DNA of 64,000 nucleotides, from the NCBI GenBank assembly GCA_009914755.4, contig CP068257.2, positions 43,296,001 through 43,360,000 of the forward strand. The letters are read 5' to 3'. The position numbers and the translations under genes were made by a program. The DNA is from the human T2T-CHM13v2.0 reference genome, Homo sapiens. The notes beneath the pieces were generated by a model. The model ran no database searches and was not told the DNA's origin. It saw only the letters and a program-made list of their open reading frames with translations. Each line of letters begins with the position of its first letter. The first letter of the stretch is position 1. Shown here one piece after another: positions 24,884 through 38,480 of the stretch.

Positions 24884-24952
24884 GTGCAGAGGCCAAGACC
24901 GTTTTGCCCAAGAAGGAGAAAATGAAGCTGAGGCGTGAGCAATGGTTGCAGA
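24884..24952 (+). CDS. SLX9: Exon 3 (69 nt; ...tctctttcctcag|GTGCAGAGG ... TTGCAGA|gtaagtcc); encodes (G)AEAKTVLPKKEKMKLRREQWLQ
   Basis: Consensus acceptor (pyrimidine tract + CAG) and strong GTAAGT donor. The frame continues from exon 2 (phase 1 in, phase 1 out) with no stop. Confidence 0.7.
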
Positions 24953-26085
24953 GTAAGTCCATGCCTGCGTCTTGAGGCAGCTGCCGGCCCAAGTCCCATC
25001 CCGTGGGCCCTCCTATTCCTACAGCCTCACATCTGGCCTTCTACATCAGCCACACTCCCCGAGGAGTGCCCAAGGGGATCACCCAAGACACTTCAGAGGC
25101 TGCTGTGGGGGCCGAAGGACAGTGGAGGCACAGAGAGGTTGGCCATGAAGACTTGGCAGCATGGCCAAGCTGGTCTGGCCTGTTGTGGATGGCACTGCCA
25201 CCCCGTCCGTGTGGGCACCTGCAGAGCTGGGCTGCCTCCCTTTGGAGGACGGCCTTGGGAAGCTGCTGCTCTCGGCTCCTTGTTTGTAAAAATTACCTAT
25301 TTTTGTTCCCCACCGTGAAATTTTTTATTGTGGAAGTAACCTGTGCTCGTGGAGTTTTTATGGTTCAGAAGTGCCTGCAGTGGTATGTGAAATCCTTCCA
25401 GGCCTTGCCCGCGGTGAAAACAGTGTCTGCGCATAGCGGCGTGGGTGTGGGCAGGGCCCCTGGTGTCCCCAGACCCTTTCAGGCCTGTGGCTCCCTCTTT
25501 TCTGAGGTCAGCCTTGCCACGTGCTCCCAGCTGCACGTCTCCGCAGGCTGAAAGCCACACTTCCCACTCAGGTTGTTTTGGAGTATCTCCTTATTTTTCG
25601 TGATGCTGGATATTTGCCAGTGTTTTTCTAAGATTGTTTCTCGTCAAAATTATTTTGTATTTTTCGGTTATCTTTTTAGTGTGATTCTGCTGACTTTGTG
25701 AAATTAATTTGGAATATTTTCTTTTTTATGTTATCTGCTTTATTTTTTCCTTGGAGGTTTTAAAGAAAATGTATGTTTTTCAGAGGTAGGACCTAGAAAA
25801 CTTTGTCAGTTTCTTTTGTGATTATTAGTTTTATGGTTTCTATCCCTTTTTGGATATTTCTTAGGGAAATGATTCATTCCTCCATTTTCTTTTTCACAGT
25901 TCCTAGCATAGCTGTGAAAGTGGATTTGGACGGGCTACTGGACTGTGGCCATTTGGACCCTGATTTTCTAGGCTGTAATTCTTTGATGATGTGTAAATTT
26001 TATTCCATGGCACTTGGTCCTTTTTTTTTGTTTTTTCACAACTTGAGTCAATTTTGGCCACTCATAAAATGATCGAATTTGTCTG

Positions 26086-26375
26086 AGGATGGTGTCTCAT
26101 GCCTGTAATCCCAGCACTTTGGAAGGTTGAGATGGAAGGATCACCTACGCCCAGGAGTTTCAGACTAGCCTGGGCAATATAGCGAGACCTTGTCTCTACA
26201 AAAAATGTAAAAATTAGTCAGATTAGGTGGTGTGTGCCTCTGAGCCTCTAGTCCTAGCGACTTAGGAGGCTGAGGTAGGAAGATCGCTTCAACCCAGGAG
26301 TTTGAGGCTGCAGTGAACCGTAATTGCACTAGTGCACTCCAGCCTGGGTGACAGAGTGGGTCCTTGTCTCTAAAT
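26086..26375 (+). mobile_element. Alu SINE (forward; diverged, older-looking) inserted into the L1 fragment
   Basis: gaggatggtgtctcatgcctgtaatcccagcactttggaaggttgagatggaaggatcacctacgcccaggagtttcagactagcctgggcaatatagcgagaccttgtctctacaaaaaatgtaaaaattagtcag ... ctgcagtgaaccgtaattgcactagtgcactccagcctgggtgacagagtgggtccttgtctc. Confidence 0.85.
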
Positions 26376-27855
26376 AATGTTAATGATCAAATTTAGTCAG
26401 ATCTCAATCTTCATATGTTAGTTGCCTTCTTATTAAATATTCTGTTTTCTTTATCGTTCTTTATTTGTATCTCCACCTTCATTTCTGATTAAATTAAGAA
26501 GTTTTGTCTCTTCCATTTAATAATTAATGTATTTAATAACCAATTCTACTCTTTTGTCTTCAAAATTATTTGTTTTTATTTTGATCACTCCCGTTTTAGC
26601 TTTCTTTGGGTTTCAGTTACTCTGCTTATCTGTTTGTATATGTTTTGTTCAGGAGTGAAAGGCTGTAAGTTATCTCTAAATACAGCTTTAGCTACATTTC
26701 CCAAGTTACTTTTACTTTGTATTTTATTATGAAAAATTTTATTTAGGAAAGTGGGAAGAATTTTATAGGGAATACCCTGTACCCACCACACAGATTTTAC
26801 AATCTTTATTACATAACCGTTCATCTAGCAGTTTCTGTCCATCTACCAACATGGGTTTTTAAAAATGCGTTTCAAAGTAAATGGCAGACATCAGTACACT
26901 CCACCCCAAATAATTCTGCTAGAGTTCATGGTTCTTTTTTTTTCTTTTTCTTTTGAAGATTGTATTTACATAAAATGAAATGCAAATCTAAAGTGTGCCA
27001 TTCAATGATTGCTGACAAATGTTGTAGACACCTGTGCAGCTGAAATCCTGTTCAGGTTATGGACCATCACCACCATTCCCCGACAGTCACGCACCCCCCC
27101 AGTCAATTACCTCTCCCACTGGCCCCAGAGGTAACAACTGCTGTGTCACCCTTTGTCGTCCACAGTTGAGCTTTTCTTGCCTTAGACTCTGTATAAATGG
27201 AATCATGTAGGATGCACTCTTTCTGCATCTGGCTGCTTTTGCTCAGCGTAATGGTTTTGAAACCCATCCAGGCTGCATGTAGCAGCAGTCCATGCCTTTT
27301 GATTGCTGAGAAGTATTTCATTGTATGAATACACCATTTGTTACTCACTTTCCTGCTGATGGGCACCTGGGCTTTTTTCCATTTTTAGCTACTGTGAATA
27401 AGGCTGCTCTGAACATTCTTTACAAGTCTTTTTGTGGACATGTTTTCGTTTCTCTTGGGTAAGTGCTGAGGAATGGAATGCTGGGTCATAGGGTAGGTGT
27501 ATGTTTAGTTTTATAAGCAGCTGCCAGACGCTTTTCTAGAGTGGTTGTACACTCACACTCCCACCAGAGCCTGTGAGAGTTCTCCTGGCCCTCAGCTTTG
27601 CCAACACATGGCCTGCCGTCTCCTCAGCCTCGGCCGTCTGGTAATCATGAAATGGTATCTCACGGTGGTACTCATTTCCGTTGCCACCAAAAGAGCATTT
27701 ACATGTGCTTACTGTCCATTTGTGTTTCAGCGTCAGTGAAATTCATTTTTCATGAGGCTTTTTGTCTTTTTATTATTGAGCTCTAAGAGTTCTTTGTCCT
27801 AGAGTCCAGTCTTTGGTTGGATATGTGTTTTACAGATGTTTTTCCCAGACTGTGA

Positions 27856-28156
<301 letters not shown>

Positions 28157-28223
28157 AACTTTTTTTTTTTTTTTTAAATAAACGAGAGTTTAATTTTGAG
28201 AAGTTTAATTTATATTAGTTATT

Positions 28224-28251
28224 GTGTGTGTGTATATGTATGTGTGTGTGT
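28224..28251. repeat. (TG)n / (TATG)n microsatellite inside the L1 fragment
   Basis: gtgtgtgtgtgtatatgtatgtgtgtgtgtgtcc. Confidence 0.9.
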
Positions 28252-31200
28252 CCTATTTAAGAAAACTTTGCCTAATCCCAAGTCATGAAGATATTATTCC
28301 TGTTTTCTTCTAAAAACTTTATAGTTTGAGCTTTCATATTGGTTTTTTTTTTCTATCTTGAATTGTTTGTCTATGTGGTGTTAGTGGTTAAGTTCCTTTT
28401 TTCCCCCTAATATGGATATTCAGCTGTTCCAGCACCATTTGTTATAAGTACTTTTCTTTCCTTATTGGATTGTTTTGTTGCCTTTGTGAAAAATCAGAAA
28501 GTCTCATAAGTGTGGATCTGTTTCTAGGCTGTCTTCTGTTCCATTGATCTATTTGTTGTACCTTAGCAAAAACCAGACTGTCTTGATTACCATAGCTTTA
28601 GGATTAATCTGGAAGTCAGATAACATAAGTCCTTTTTGTTGGTTCGTCTGTCTTGAGGTTGTTTTGGATATTCTAAGTCCTTGGCATTTCCATATAAATT
28701 ATCATTAGCTTGTCTATTTCTTTAAAAACAACAACAAAAACCTAGTGGGGTTATGATTGGGATTTCATTGAATCTATAGATCAGTTCAGAATTACCATCT
28801 TAGCAAAGCAGATCTTCAAATTCATGAACATAGTATATCTCACCATTTAAATTTCATCATCAATGTTATTCAGTTTTAGTGTAGAGATCTTACATCTTAT
28901 AATAAGCTTATTGCTAAGTATTTTATAGTTTTTTATGCTGTCATAAATGCAGTTTTTTCTCAGCTCTCTGCTAGTATGTTAAAATACAATTGGTTTTTTA
29001 AAATACTAATCTTGTATCCTATGAATTTACTAATATCATGCATTAGGTCTGGTAGTCATTTTGTAGATTCCTTAGGATCTTTAGAAATGCATGTTTTCTG
29101 TATGTGTGGATTTTTTCCCTCAATTTGCTTTTTTTCCCCAATATGTGTTGAAATTTCCCCTGTGGATCTGCACGCGCCACCCCACCTTGCCTTTATGAGG
29201 ACAAGCTTGCAAAGTTTGTCCTTGCTGTTCCTCCCGTTGCAGGGCCCTCCCACTCCTGGAGGCCTCCCCCGGTCACTCTCCATCCCTTGCTTTGCTTTGT
29301 TTTGTCCACATACCTCCCCAGTGCCCAGGTAGCGCCTCTATGCTCCACCACACAGCCTGTGCCCCAGCCGTGCCGTGGACAGTGGCTCCCCATGCCCTGT
29401 GGGCGGGAGGGTGGGTAGTTGGAACCACACACATGTCCCACTTGACTTTCCCAACCCTCAGTTGTCCTCCAAGGCGGCTGGGCCAGTTCACACCCACCCA
29501 TCAGCTCCCTCCGTCCTCGAACACTCGATATTATGAAACATTTAAAAATTTGCCAGTCTATGAGGTGCAACATTTCCTTGATTTCTAATCCAGTCGAGTG
29601 GCTCCTGCTGTATTTTTTGGCCTTTGATTCCTCTTTGTTTTTAGTATTTAATTCATACATACTGATTTTTAGGAACAGTGTAAGAGGGACTCTGACTCTT
29701 TCCCCAGGAGGACCCCAGTTTATCTAACCTCACGTGTCATGCTCACACTTTGCCTGGTCTGCCCTGCGTCCACTGAGTGTTCATCAGCACTTTTGCCACG
29801 CTGTTAATTTCTGTTATTTTATAATTTGCTTTAATATCCGATAGCCCTACTTTCTTGTTGCTTGTTCTTTGTAAAAAATGTTTTTACTATTCTTATGCAT
29901 TTAGTTGTTTTTAAAACATAAAGTTTAGAATTAGCTGCACAGGTTTGACTAAAAATCCCGTTGAAATTTTAGCTGAGGCAGCATCCGATTTTTCCGGAGT
30001 AACTGACAGAGAAGAACTGCACTCTCCCGTTGGTTCTCCTGGCTGCTTGGAAGCTGGTGTTTGTGTGGGACCTCCCCTAGGTGCTGCAGATGAGAGCAGT
30101 GCTGAGTGTTCCCAGGCCGTGGGTCCCGCCCCGCCACTGCCTCGCTCCCTCCCTCCCCCTCAGAATTGAGTGGGCCGGGTGGGATTGTCGATATTGTGGT
30201 CATCTTTTCCTTGCTCGGATTTATCATTGAGTGTCTAATGTTTTGCCCTGAAATGTGATACTCACTGTGGGTTTCTAGCAGCTCATCTGTCAAGGAGCTT
30301 CCTTCCGTTTGTGGTTTCATTGTAATTTTTCTCATGCGTGGGCAGTGAATTGTGCAGAATCCTCTGCACACTGGTGGTGGTGACCATAGGCTTTCTTGCC
30401 TCTTGAGTGGCCACTGTGGAGGGTCACCCTGAGGCATTTCCCGGGAGAACCATCCTTGCATGCCTGGGGCTCACCCTGCTTGGGCACAAGGTATCCTTCT
30501 TTTGAAAGGCTTCTGGCTTTGGCTTGCTGAGGTGCGGGCCTTTGTGTCTGTCCTCACGGGAACCACATGCCTCTGCTTTGCTTTTCCTGGCCTGGGTCTG
30601 CAGCCTGTGAAGGAGCCATCTGGCCTGGCCCGCCCCTCCCTACCCCAGCTTCCAGGGTGCCCTGGCTCTCTTTTAATGAGGTGCCGAGTAACGTGTCTAC
30701 CACAGTCCAGGCAGGGTGGAGTAAGCGCTGGATTCTTACCTTATAAACCCCCGTGATTCCCAAGGCTGTGGAGAGCTGGTGTACACCTTCCAAGCTCTCA
30801 ACCTGCACTGGGGGCTGAGGACCCAGAGGAAGGGTGGTCTTTGTCCCAGGTTCTTGTCAGTGATTTGGAGCCAGGTAAACACACCCTGCTACAGGGACCC
30901 AGGGCAGGGTGGCATCCCCTGATTTCGGGTTGGTCAGGGTGGGCCCTTCACACCTTGTTCTGCGAGCCACCTGCCCTGGGGGCTGAGAGGGGCGCCGCTG
31001 TCCCAGACAGCGGGATTGGAGAGGAGCTGGCTGTTGTCACCTCTGGAAACCTGGGCATTCCCCCCAGGGGGCACAGGTCTGCCATGCCCGGGCCTGTGTC
31101 ACGAGCTGGCAGTGTTTGAGCTGCAGGCCTGTCCCGGTGGGTTGCCCTGAAGAGAGCAGGCCGTCCGCGCTCCACAGCCTCCAGGAGCCACGTGCAGTGA

Positions 31201-31818
31201 GCAGCATGTCCGAGCATGTGTTCTCTTAGCAGTTTTGAGATAAATACATTTTTAAATTAAATCAAATCCCAAGGCCATACCCCTTCTGTCCAGACCCTGC
31301 CCAAATCCCTTCTCTAGCGTGGAGGCCTCAGCCCTACCTGCCACCCCCCATGGCCCCAAGCCCTCAGGTCTGTCCTGGGGCTTCTCCCCTTCCCTCTGGG
31401 GAGCCCTCTCCCTCCTGGGAACAAAGCTGAGCCTCCCAGGCTGTGACTTGCCATCTTAAGTTGAGGGCCCCTTTTCCTCATTCCCCTCTGTCCCCTCTGC
31501 TCGGTGGCTGTGTGCACTCCCCTACGCGTGCTCCGGCCACAGTTGCCAGCGTCCCTTTGCAGGAGAAATCCTCAGTGGCTGCAGTTCCACCTCATTGTCA
31601 GCCCTGCGATTAAAAAGCGCAGCTCTGTCATTAAGGGGAAGAAAATAACTCAAGCCTGCCCGCCCTGCAGGTTCCCAGGGGCGGAATGGGGGTGACAGCG
31701 GGAAGGAGAGAGGCAGCAGGGCCGGGCACCCTGCCAGGTCTCTCGTGGGCCAGAGGCTCTGGGCCTGGGCTCCTCCTCTGCCTCTTGTTTGCCTCTAACG
31801 TCGTTTCTCCTTCCTTAG

Positions 31819-31966
31819 AAATCGAAGCCATAAAACTGGCTGAGCAGAAGCACAGGGAGGAGCGGAGGCGGAGGGCCACGGTGGTGGTGGGGGACCTGCA
31901 CCCTCTCAGGGATGCCCTGCCCGAGCTGCTGGGGCTCGAGGCTGGCAGCCGGCGCCAAGCCCGCAG
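31819..31966 (+). CDS. SLX9: Exon 4 (148 nt; ...tttctccttccttag|AAATCGAAGCC ... CCCGCAG|gtgagtgtcc); encodes KIEAIKLAEQKHREERRRRATVVVGDLHPLRDALPELLGLEAGSRRQAR
   Basis: Consensus splice sites. The frame (phase 1 in, phase 2 out) is continuous. It shares its frame with track ORF 31686..31970, which contains the same peptide. Confidence 0.7.
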
Positions 31967-32960
31967 GTGAGTGTCCGGGAGGGGTGGCCCTTTCCGAGCT
32001 GTGGGGCTGACCCGGGTCCAGAGGTGGAGGGATATGAGTGGGAGCCACGGGCCACGGTGCTTCCTGAGCCTGCAGAGGCCGAGAGCTGGGGCTCCAGCCG
32101 GTGCTCCGCACAGGTACCCTGTTCTCAGGGCGTGAGCTCGTGAGGCCCGTGGGGGCTGTGGGGGACGTTTCGGGGGCACCCAGGCCCACCCTTGTGAGGA
32201 GCCTGGTGGCTCTGCTGATGCCGAGCTCCCTCATGTGCCCCTCCCCCGACATTGACCACAGCTCCTGCCGGGTCCCACTGGGGGTCCCCCCAACTCACTG
32301 TTCTGCCACAGCCTCCACCCCACAGAGACCCTGCTGTGCTCAGCTGAGGCCCCTGAGCATCCACCATGCTCTTCTCGTGCCTCTGACAGGGGCTGCAGTC
32401 TCCCCTCCTGAGTGGACCTTTCCCTGATGCCCACCTAACACTGCACACCCTGTCCTGCCCCTCACTCTGTCGCACAGAGGGTGGCCCGTGAGGACGGCTC
32501 AGGCCTGCTGTCGGGTGTGGTGAGCGTGTGGGACCCACTCATGCAGGGCCCTGGGACACACATCCCAGAGCTTGTCCTCATGGGGCGGGAGCTGCCTCGT
32601 GCGTCCTCCCCAGGAGGGACGGGGCCTGATGTGAGTGCGGTTGCTCTCCCGAGCTGTACCTACCTGTGTGGGAAGCACATGCCTCCCAGCCTCACCACGG
32701 GTCTGGATGTGGTTTGTTCTTCAGGAAAGAGGCAGGCCCCTGCCCCACCCTTGGCTGCTGGCATCACAGCGCCCCTCCCCCGCCCCCTGCTGAGAGCTGG
32801 GGTGGTGGGTTCTGGGCCCTTAGTGCATGAGTGGCCAAGCCAGCGGGCCTGGGCCTGGGCCTGGACCCCAGTGGGGCCCCTCCACCCCCCTGCCCTGGGC
32901 AAGGCCTGGTCCCGAGCATGAGCCCTCCTCCTGACGCACTGAGGTGCTCCCTCCAGAACC

Positions 32961-33122
32961 CCATCACCCAGTGACACAACCCCGCCACCCAGTGACGCAA
33001 CCCCCAGTGACACAACCCTGCCACCCGGTGACGCAACCCCCAGTGACACAACCCCCAGTGACGCAACCCCGCCACCCAATGAAGATACCACCACCCGGTG
33101 ACGCAACCCCACCACCCATTGA
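32961..33122. repeat. Degenerate minisatellite, 18-27-bp unit x~8 (ccRccacccRgtgacRcaacc)
   Basis: cccatcacccagtgacacaaccccgccacccagtgacgcaacccccagtgacacaaccctgccacccggtgacgcaacccccagtgacacaacccccagtgacgcaaccccgccacccaatgaagataccaccacccggtgacgcaaccccaccacccattgag. Confidence 0.85.
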
Positions 33123-33353
33123 GCCATTTGCCAGTGGCAGGTTCCATGTGCCCTGACAATGTGGACAGTGTTCCATGTGCCAGCCTGCTGTGGTGTGTGC
33201 ACCCCAGGACGGCTCAACCAGGAGGGCAGCGGCTGCATGACCCTCCCTGTCACCTCGCAGGGGATGCAGCCTGCTGATAAGCTGCTGCCTGTGGCGCCCG
33301 TCTCCCAGGAGCTTGGCTTTCAGGCTCTTTGTGCCTGGGTCACATGCACGTGA

Positions 33354-33837
<484 letters not shown>

Positions 33838-35841
33838 TAATTTTGCTGTTTAAAAAATAATTTTCTTTCTCCTACTAACTTTCCATATGGGCAGAAAGCA
33901 GGGGCTGTGTGCAGTGTCAAACCTGGGGTCCATCCTTTCATGGCCCAGCTGCCCAGGCTCGAGGGTGGCAGGTCACGCGCTGCAGGCCCAGGCAGCTCCA
34001 GGCTGGCATCCCGCGGCGGAGGCACCAGAGCACTGGGTCCAGAATAGGAGCGGCCGCCTGGAGTGGCGATGTGATGACCGAACATTCCTGGTTCTTGGAC
34101 AAAAATGTGACCCTGGTCAAGTATCCTTTCCCTGTTTTCAGTTTTCTCATCTGAAAAATGTGCTTGGCGCTCCCAGAAGGGAGAGGGCTGTATCAACACC
34201 CAGCCCCCAGGCCGAGGAGGATGTGCCCCTGCCTCCCTGCGGGGCTCTGGGCCGGGAAGGCACATCTGCTCTCAGCCCTGAGAGCCTCCTGTCGCTGGGA
34301 GTCCCCGTCCCTCCTCAGATGTGGCTCAGGCAGCAGTGCCTCCTGACCCTGGGGGAGCTCTTGGAATCAGCCCTATTTTAGACAGGCTTTAGATTCGTAG
34401 AAAAATGGCAAAGATGGTGCCAAGAGCTCCATGCAGCTCCCCCGTCCCCGCATGCTGTTGCTCTGACATGAGTGTGGTACGTTCGTCACATGGAAGGAAC
34501 CAGTATCAACAGAGAAATAGTGAGCGTTAAGTAATTAATAGTTAACTAAAGCCCATACCTTAGGTTTCCTTCATTTTTCCCTAACGGACTCTTTCTGCCT
34601 CAGGATCCGTACAGGATCCCATGTGACATTCAGATGTCATGGCTCCCTCGGCCCGTCTTGGCTGTGAGTTTCTCAGACTCCTCTTGGTTTTAATGACCTT
34701 GACTGTTCTGAGGAAGCTGCCTGTCAGCTGAGATCTGTCTGATGTTTTTCTAATGGGTACAGGAAGGGACTGGGTTTGGGGAGGAAGCCCCCAGAGGCGA
34801 AGTGCCACTGTCACTCCACTGTATTGGGCACACCCTGTCACCTGACTCACCGTGAGGCTGAGCTGGCCCCTGCTGGGTTGAGTCCCCCCCTCCATGCTGT
34901 CCGCTTTGGGAGGAAGTCGCTCTGCAGCCCTGGCCTCGGGGTGGGGGTTGTGCTCTACCTCCTGGAAGACACAGCAGTGACAGAGACTGTTTGGAATCCT
35001 GCTGGGAAAGGAGCTTTGTCTCTTCTCCCCGTGTATGTGTCGCTCATGCGTCGGTGTTGGTCTGGACAGATGGATGTTTAGTTTACACACAGCGTTACTT
35101 GATTTTGGTGCCGAAACTGTTCCAGCATTGGCCGCTGGGAGTTCTTGCAGTTGCCCCCAGCTCCCTTTGGCCCCATTGACGTGGGGGTCGTATTTTTAGC
35201 TCTTTCCCACTGCCGAGCACCAACAGGTAACCCAGGCGCATCTTGGACATCTCCTGCCAGTCCTGCTGTTTCTCTAGGGAGCCCTGGCCCTGGTATTGCA
35301 GGAGGTGTGAGACCCTGAGATCTGGGGCTCGGTGCGCCTGTCCCAGGATCTGGGGTTTGGCGTGCCTGGGCGGCGGGCCGTGTCTCTGGGAACTGCATCT
35401 TGGTCCCGGCAGGCAGGTCTGCCCCACTGACCACCACTCTTGGACTCTGATGTGCTTTGGGCTTGAGGGGTCAGCAGGCGAGCACCAGTGGCCTGGGAGG
35501 CTGGAGGGTGGACAGCCTCTCCCTCCCAGCCTGGAGCTCTGTCTCTCACTTCTCCCCTTCCCACCTAGTGGGGAGAACATATGGCTTGGGCTGGCAGAGC
35601 TGTCCTTGTGGAACCCAAGCATTGGGTCCTTGCCCCACGGCCCCTCCCAACCCTCAGTCCCCTCAGTCCCCTCCCAACCCAGCTCCCTCAATCCCCTGTC
35701 CTGGCGCCCTGCCCTGAGGGCCTCATGCCCCTGGGGTGCAGGATGCAGAGCTGGAATCTCAGAGGCCAGGGCAGGGCCCGTGTTTGGGGTCCACGTCACT
35801 CCTGGCTGAGAAGCAGGCATCGAGCGACACTTGACTCCGGT

Positions 35842-36024
35842 GACCCCCATGCTCTGGACCTCCACCTCCTGTGTGCGCTTTGTGGGCAGTTGTCGGGAGG
35901 GGACCCCCCATGCTGTGGACCTCCGCCTCCTGTGTGCGCTTTGTGGGCGATTGTCGGGAGGGGACCCCCCACGCTCTGGACCTCCACCTCCTGTGTGCGC
36001 TTTGTGGGTGATTGTCGGGAGGGG
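35842..36024. repeat. Minisatellite, ~59-bp unit x3 (gaccccccaYgctStggacctccRcctcctgtgtgcgctttgtgggYgattgtcgggaggg)
   Basis: Three near-identical head-to-tail copies. This explains the paired ORFs 35581..36078, 35831..36133, 35759..36088 and 35796..36086. Confidence 0.9.
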
Positions 36025-37792
36025 AGTGGTGGTGACGCCGCTGCTCCTGCCTGGAGGGAGTGCCGTGGGGGCTGGTGAGGGTCCACACTGGGCGGAGTTA
36101 GGCTCCAATTCCTCCTCGGCTTCCTGCTGTTAGGCCTCGTGGAGTCGCGTCCCTGCCGGTGCTTGCCCTTGGCCCATGACGGTAACCGCCCAGCACTCTG
36201 TCCCCGGGGCCCTGAACTCCGGAAACCCCACTGGGAGGCTGTGCGTCCCGCCTGGGAGGATGGGGTGTGGGACGCGTGGGTGGGGGACGGTCCCCGCCGT
36301 GGGGAGGGGAGGTGCCGCGCCTGGCCTCGTGGGCACTGCAGCCACCCTGGGTGCAGCTCCTCTGCTTTGGGACCTTGGGAGGCATTGGTCCCACCCCCAC
36401 TGCTAGTTCATCTCTTAAAGTGAGGGTGCAGCTCCAGGGCCCGAGGTTTCCCCAACCAGGAAGGATGTCCTGGACCCGGGCTCAGGTCTCCTGACCCCAG
36501 CACGTGGCTGCCCAGAGCCCTGGCACCAGGGGTGCACCTAGAGGAGGGGGCCCCACGCTGATGGCTCCTGCAAGGATGGGGACCGGGGACAGCTCTGGGC
36601 AGTCAGTGAGGGAGCTGCTGCTCAGGGGTGGACACAGGGAGGGGGTCGGCTGGCCAGGGGGGCAGAGCTTCTGCATCGGGGCAAGGCTGGCCCAGGAGAG
36701 GCCTTGGGGAGATGTCGTCAGCCCCGGCAGAGCCCCTGCAATGAATGGAGCTGTGGCTTTGAGCGGGCAGAGGGGACGGGAGATGCAAGGGGCTGTCATC
36801 TGCCAGTGTGAGCAGGAAGGGATGGGGACTGATTCCTTCCCCAGATCAGCGCAGAGCTAGGGTTAAAAGAAAGCGGGTGCTGAGGGCTATTTTGGGCAGA
36901 CACAAAATGTCTGTCATTCATATTTTAAGAGATCCATGAATAAAAGATGAAGTCTCCTGGCCTGAGGCTAAGTGTAGGGCTGGTCTGAGGACTCTGCGTC
37001 TCTGCCTTCCCGCCGTCGTCTGGGTCCCATCTCACTGTGTGGACGGCAGATCTGAGAAGGCGCCTGGTGTGGCCTTGCGGGTTCTCTGTTCCTTTTAAGG
37101 CCCAGGTCGCTGTCCCATGTGAACATTCGGCCAGGTGGGCGGCTGCCTTGGCCGGCTGACCACAAGGAGTGCAGGCGAGCTCCCGAAGATTCCCACGGTT
37201 AACTGAGGGTGAGAAGCTCCGCGGGCAGCCGGAGCCTGCCTGGGGTGGACGTCAGAGATGAGAGTGTCCTGGCCCGCCCGTGCCCTTAGTCAAGGCCCAG
37301 CTTGGTGGTTTGGAGATCCCAGGACTAAAGGAAATAGCCAGCAGCACTCAGGAAACCTCCTCAGTTCCTCCACCTGTCCATGGGGGACTGCAGTGCTCGT
37401 TGGCACCCCCCGCAGGTGCAGGCAGGGCAGGATCTACGGTGGGTCCACGCCCCTGTCCCCAAGTTCAGTCATCAGGAGGGCAGGTGCAGCTTCCCACTGT
37501 AGCACAGCGTGCGCCTTCTTCTAAAGAGAGGACCTGGGGACATGTAGGCTTGGGTGGGTGACTCAGCCTTCCTGGGAAGTGGTGTGTACTGCGGGAGTGG
37601 GACTGGCTGTGCCTGCCAGGGTCCTTTGGCCCGAAGTGTGAGGTGTCTGCGCAGCCTGCCCTGGCCAGGCAGGTGGGGTGGAGACGCTGTATATCGTGAG
37701 ACGTGTTCCTGGCTGACCACTCCCTCCATGTCCCATGGAGCCAGGAGGAGCTGCAGGAGTCACCAGATTCCACACGGAGCAGCTTGGGGCCC

Positions 37793-37916
37793 GCGGTCAC
37801 AGGACGGTCAGGCAGTTGCACTGCTTGTCCGGGGCGGTCACAGGACGATCAGGCAGTTGCACTGCTTGTCCGGGGCGGTCACAGGACGGTCAGGCAGTTG
37901 CACTGCTTGTCCAGGT
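37793..37916. repeat. Minisatellite, 41-bp unit x3 (ggtcacaggacgRtcaggcagttgcactgcttgtccggggc)
   Basis: Three copies, read directly. Confidence 0.9.
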
Positions 37917-38084
37917 CTCGCCTCCATGGCCACAGTGCAGCTTGGAACTTGTGGTTCTGCAGTGGTTTGGTCACCTCTGGCCACCACGACGTCTGCTCTA
38001 AGAAGGGAGGAGCCAGCCTCTGCCCACGGGAAGGTGTTTAGGGGATGCTGGATGCTGACTCATGTGGCTTCTCTGTGTCCACAG

Positions 38085-38153
38085 CAGGGAGAGCAACAAG
38101 CCCCGGCCCTCAGAGCTCAGCCGGATGAGCGCAGCCCAGAGACAGCAGCTTCT
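38085..38153 (+). CDS. SLX9: Exon 5 (69 nt; ...ttctctgtgtccacag|CAGGGAGAGC ... CAGCTTCT|gtgagtgcac); encodes SRESNKPRPSELSRMSAAQRQQLL
   Basis: Consensus acceptor and donor. Phase 2 in, phase 2 out. Confidence 0.7.
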
Positions 38154-38177
38154 GTGAGTGCACCTGCCCACCTCCTC

Positions 38178-38480
38178 AGGGGTTCAGCTCCTGAGTGCCC
38201 TCACCCTGCCCACCCTCTCCAGGGGTTCAGCTCCTATGTGCCCTCACCCCGCCCACCCTCTCCAGGGGTTCAGCTCCTGAGTGCCCTCACCCCGCCCACC
38301 CTCTCCAGGGGTTCAGCTCCTATGTGCCCTCACCCCGCCCACCCTCTCCAGGGGTTCAGCTCCTATGTGCCCTCGCCCCGCCCACCCTCTCCAGGGGTTC
38401 AGCTCCTGTGTGCCCCCACCCCGCCCTCTCCAGGGGTCCTGAGTGCCTCCAGCCTGCCCTCCCAGGGGTTCAGCGGCTGA
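38178..38480. repeat. SLX9: Minisatellite in intron 5 beginning 25 bp after the exon 5 donor: 43-44-bp unit x~6.5 (aggggttcagctcctRtgtgccctcaccccgcccaccctctcc); every unit ends in a pyrimidine tract + CAG|G
   Basis: Six full units plus a diverged seventh. This explains ORFs 37554..38480 and 38195..38635. Confidence 0.9.

Noticed and set aside
35095-36108. 337-aa minus-strand ORF and several overlapping 100-190-aa ORFs in intron 4
   Set aside because: GC-rich intronic sequence including the 59-bp x3 minisatellite. The peptides are proline/glycine-rich noise with no splice or start support.
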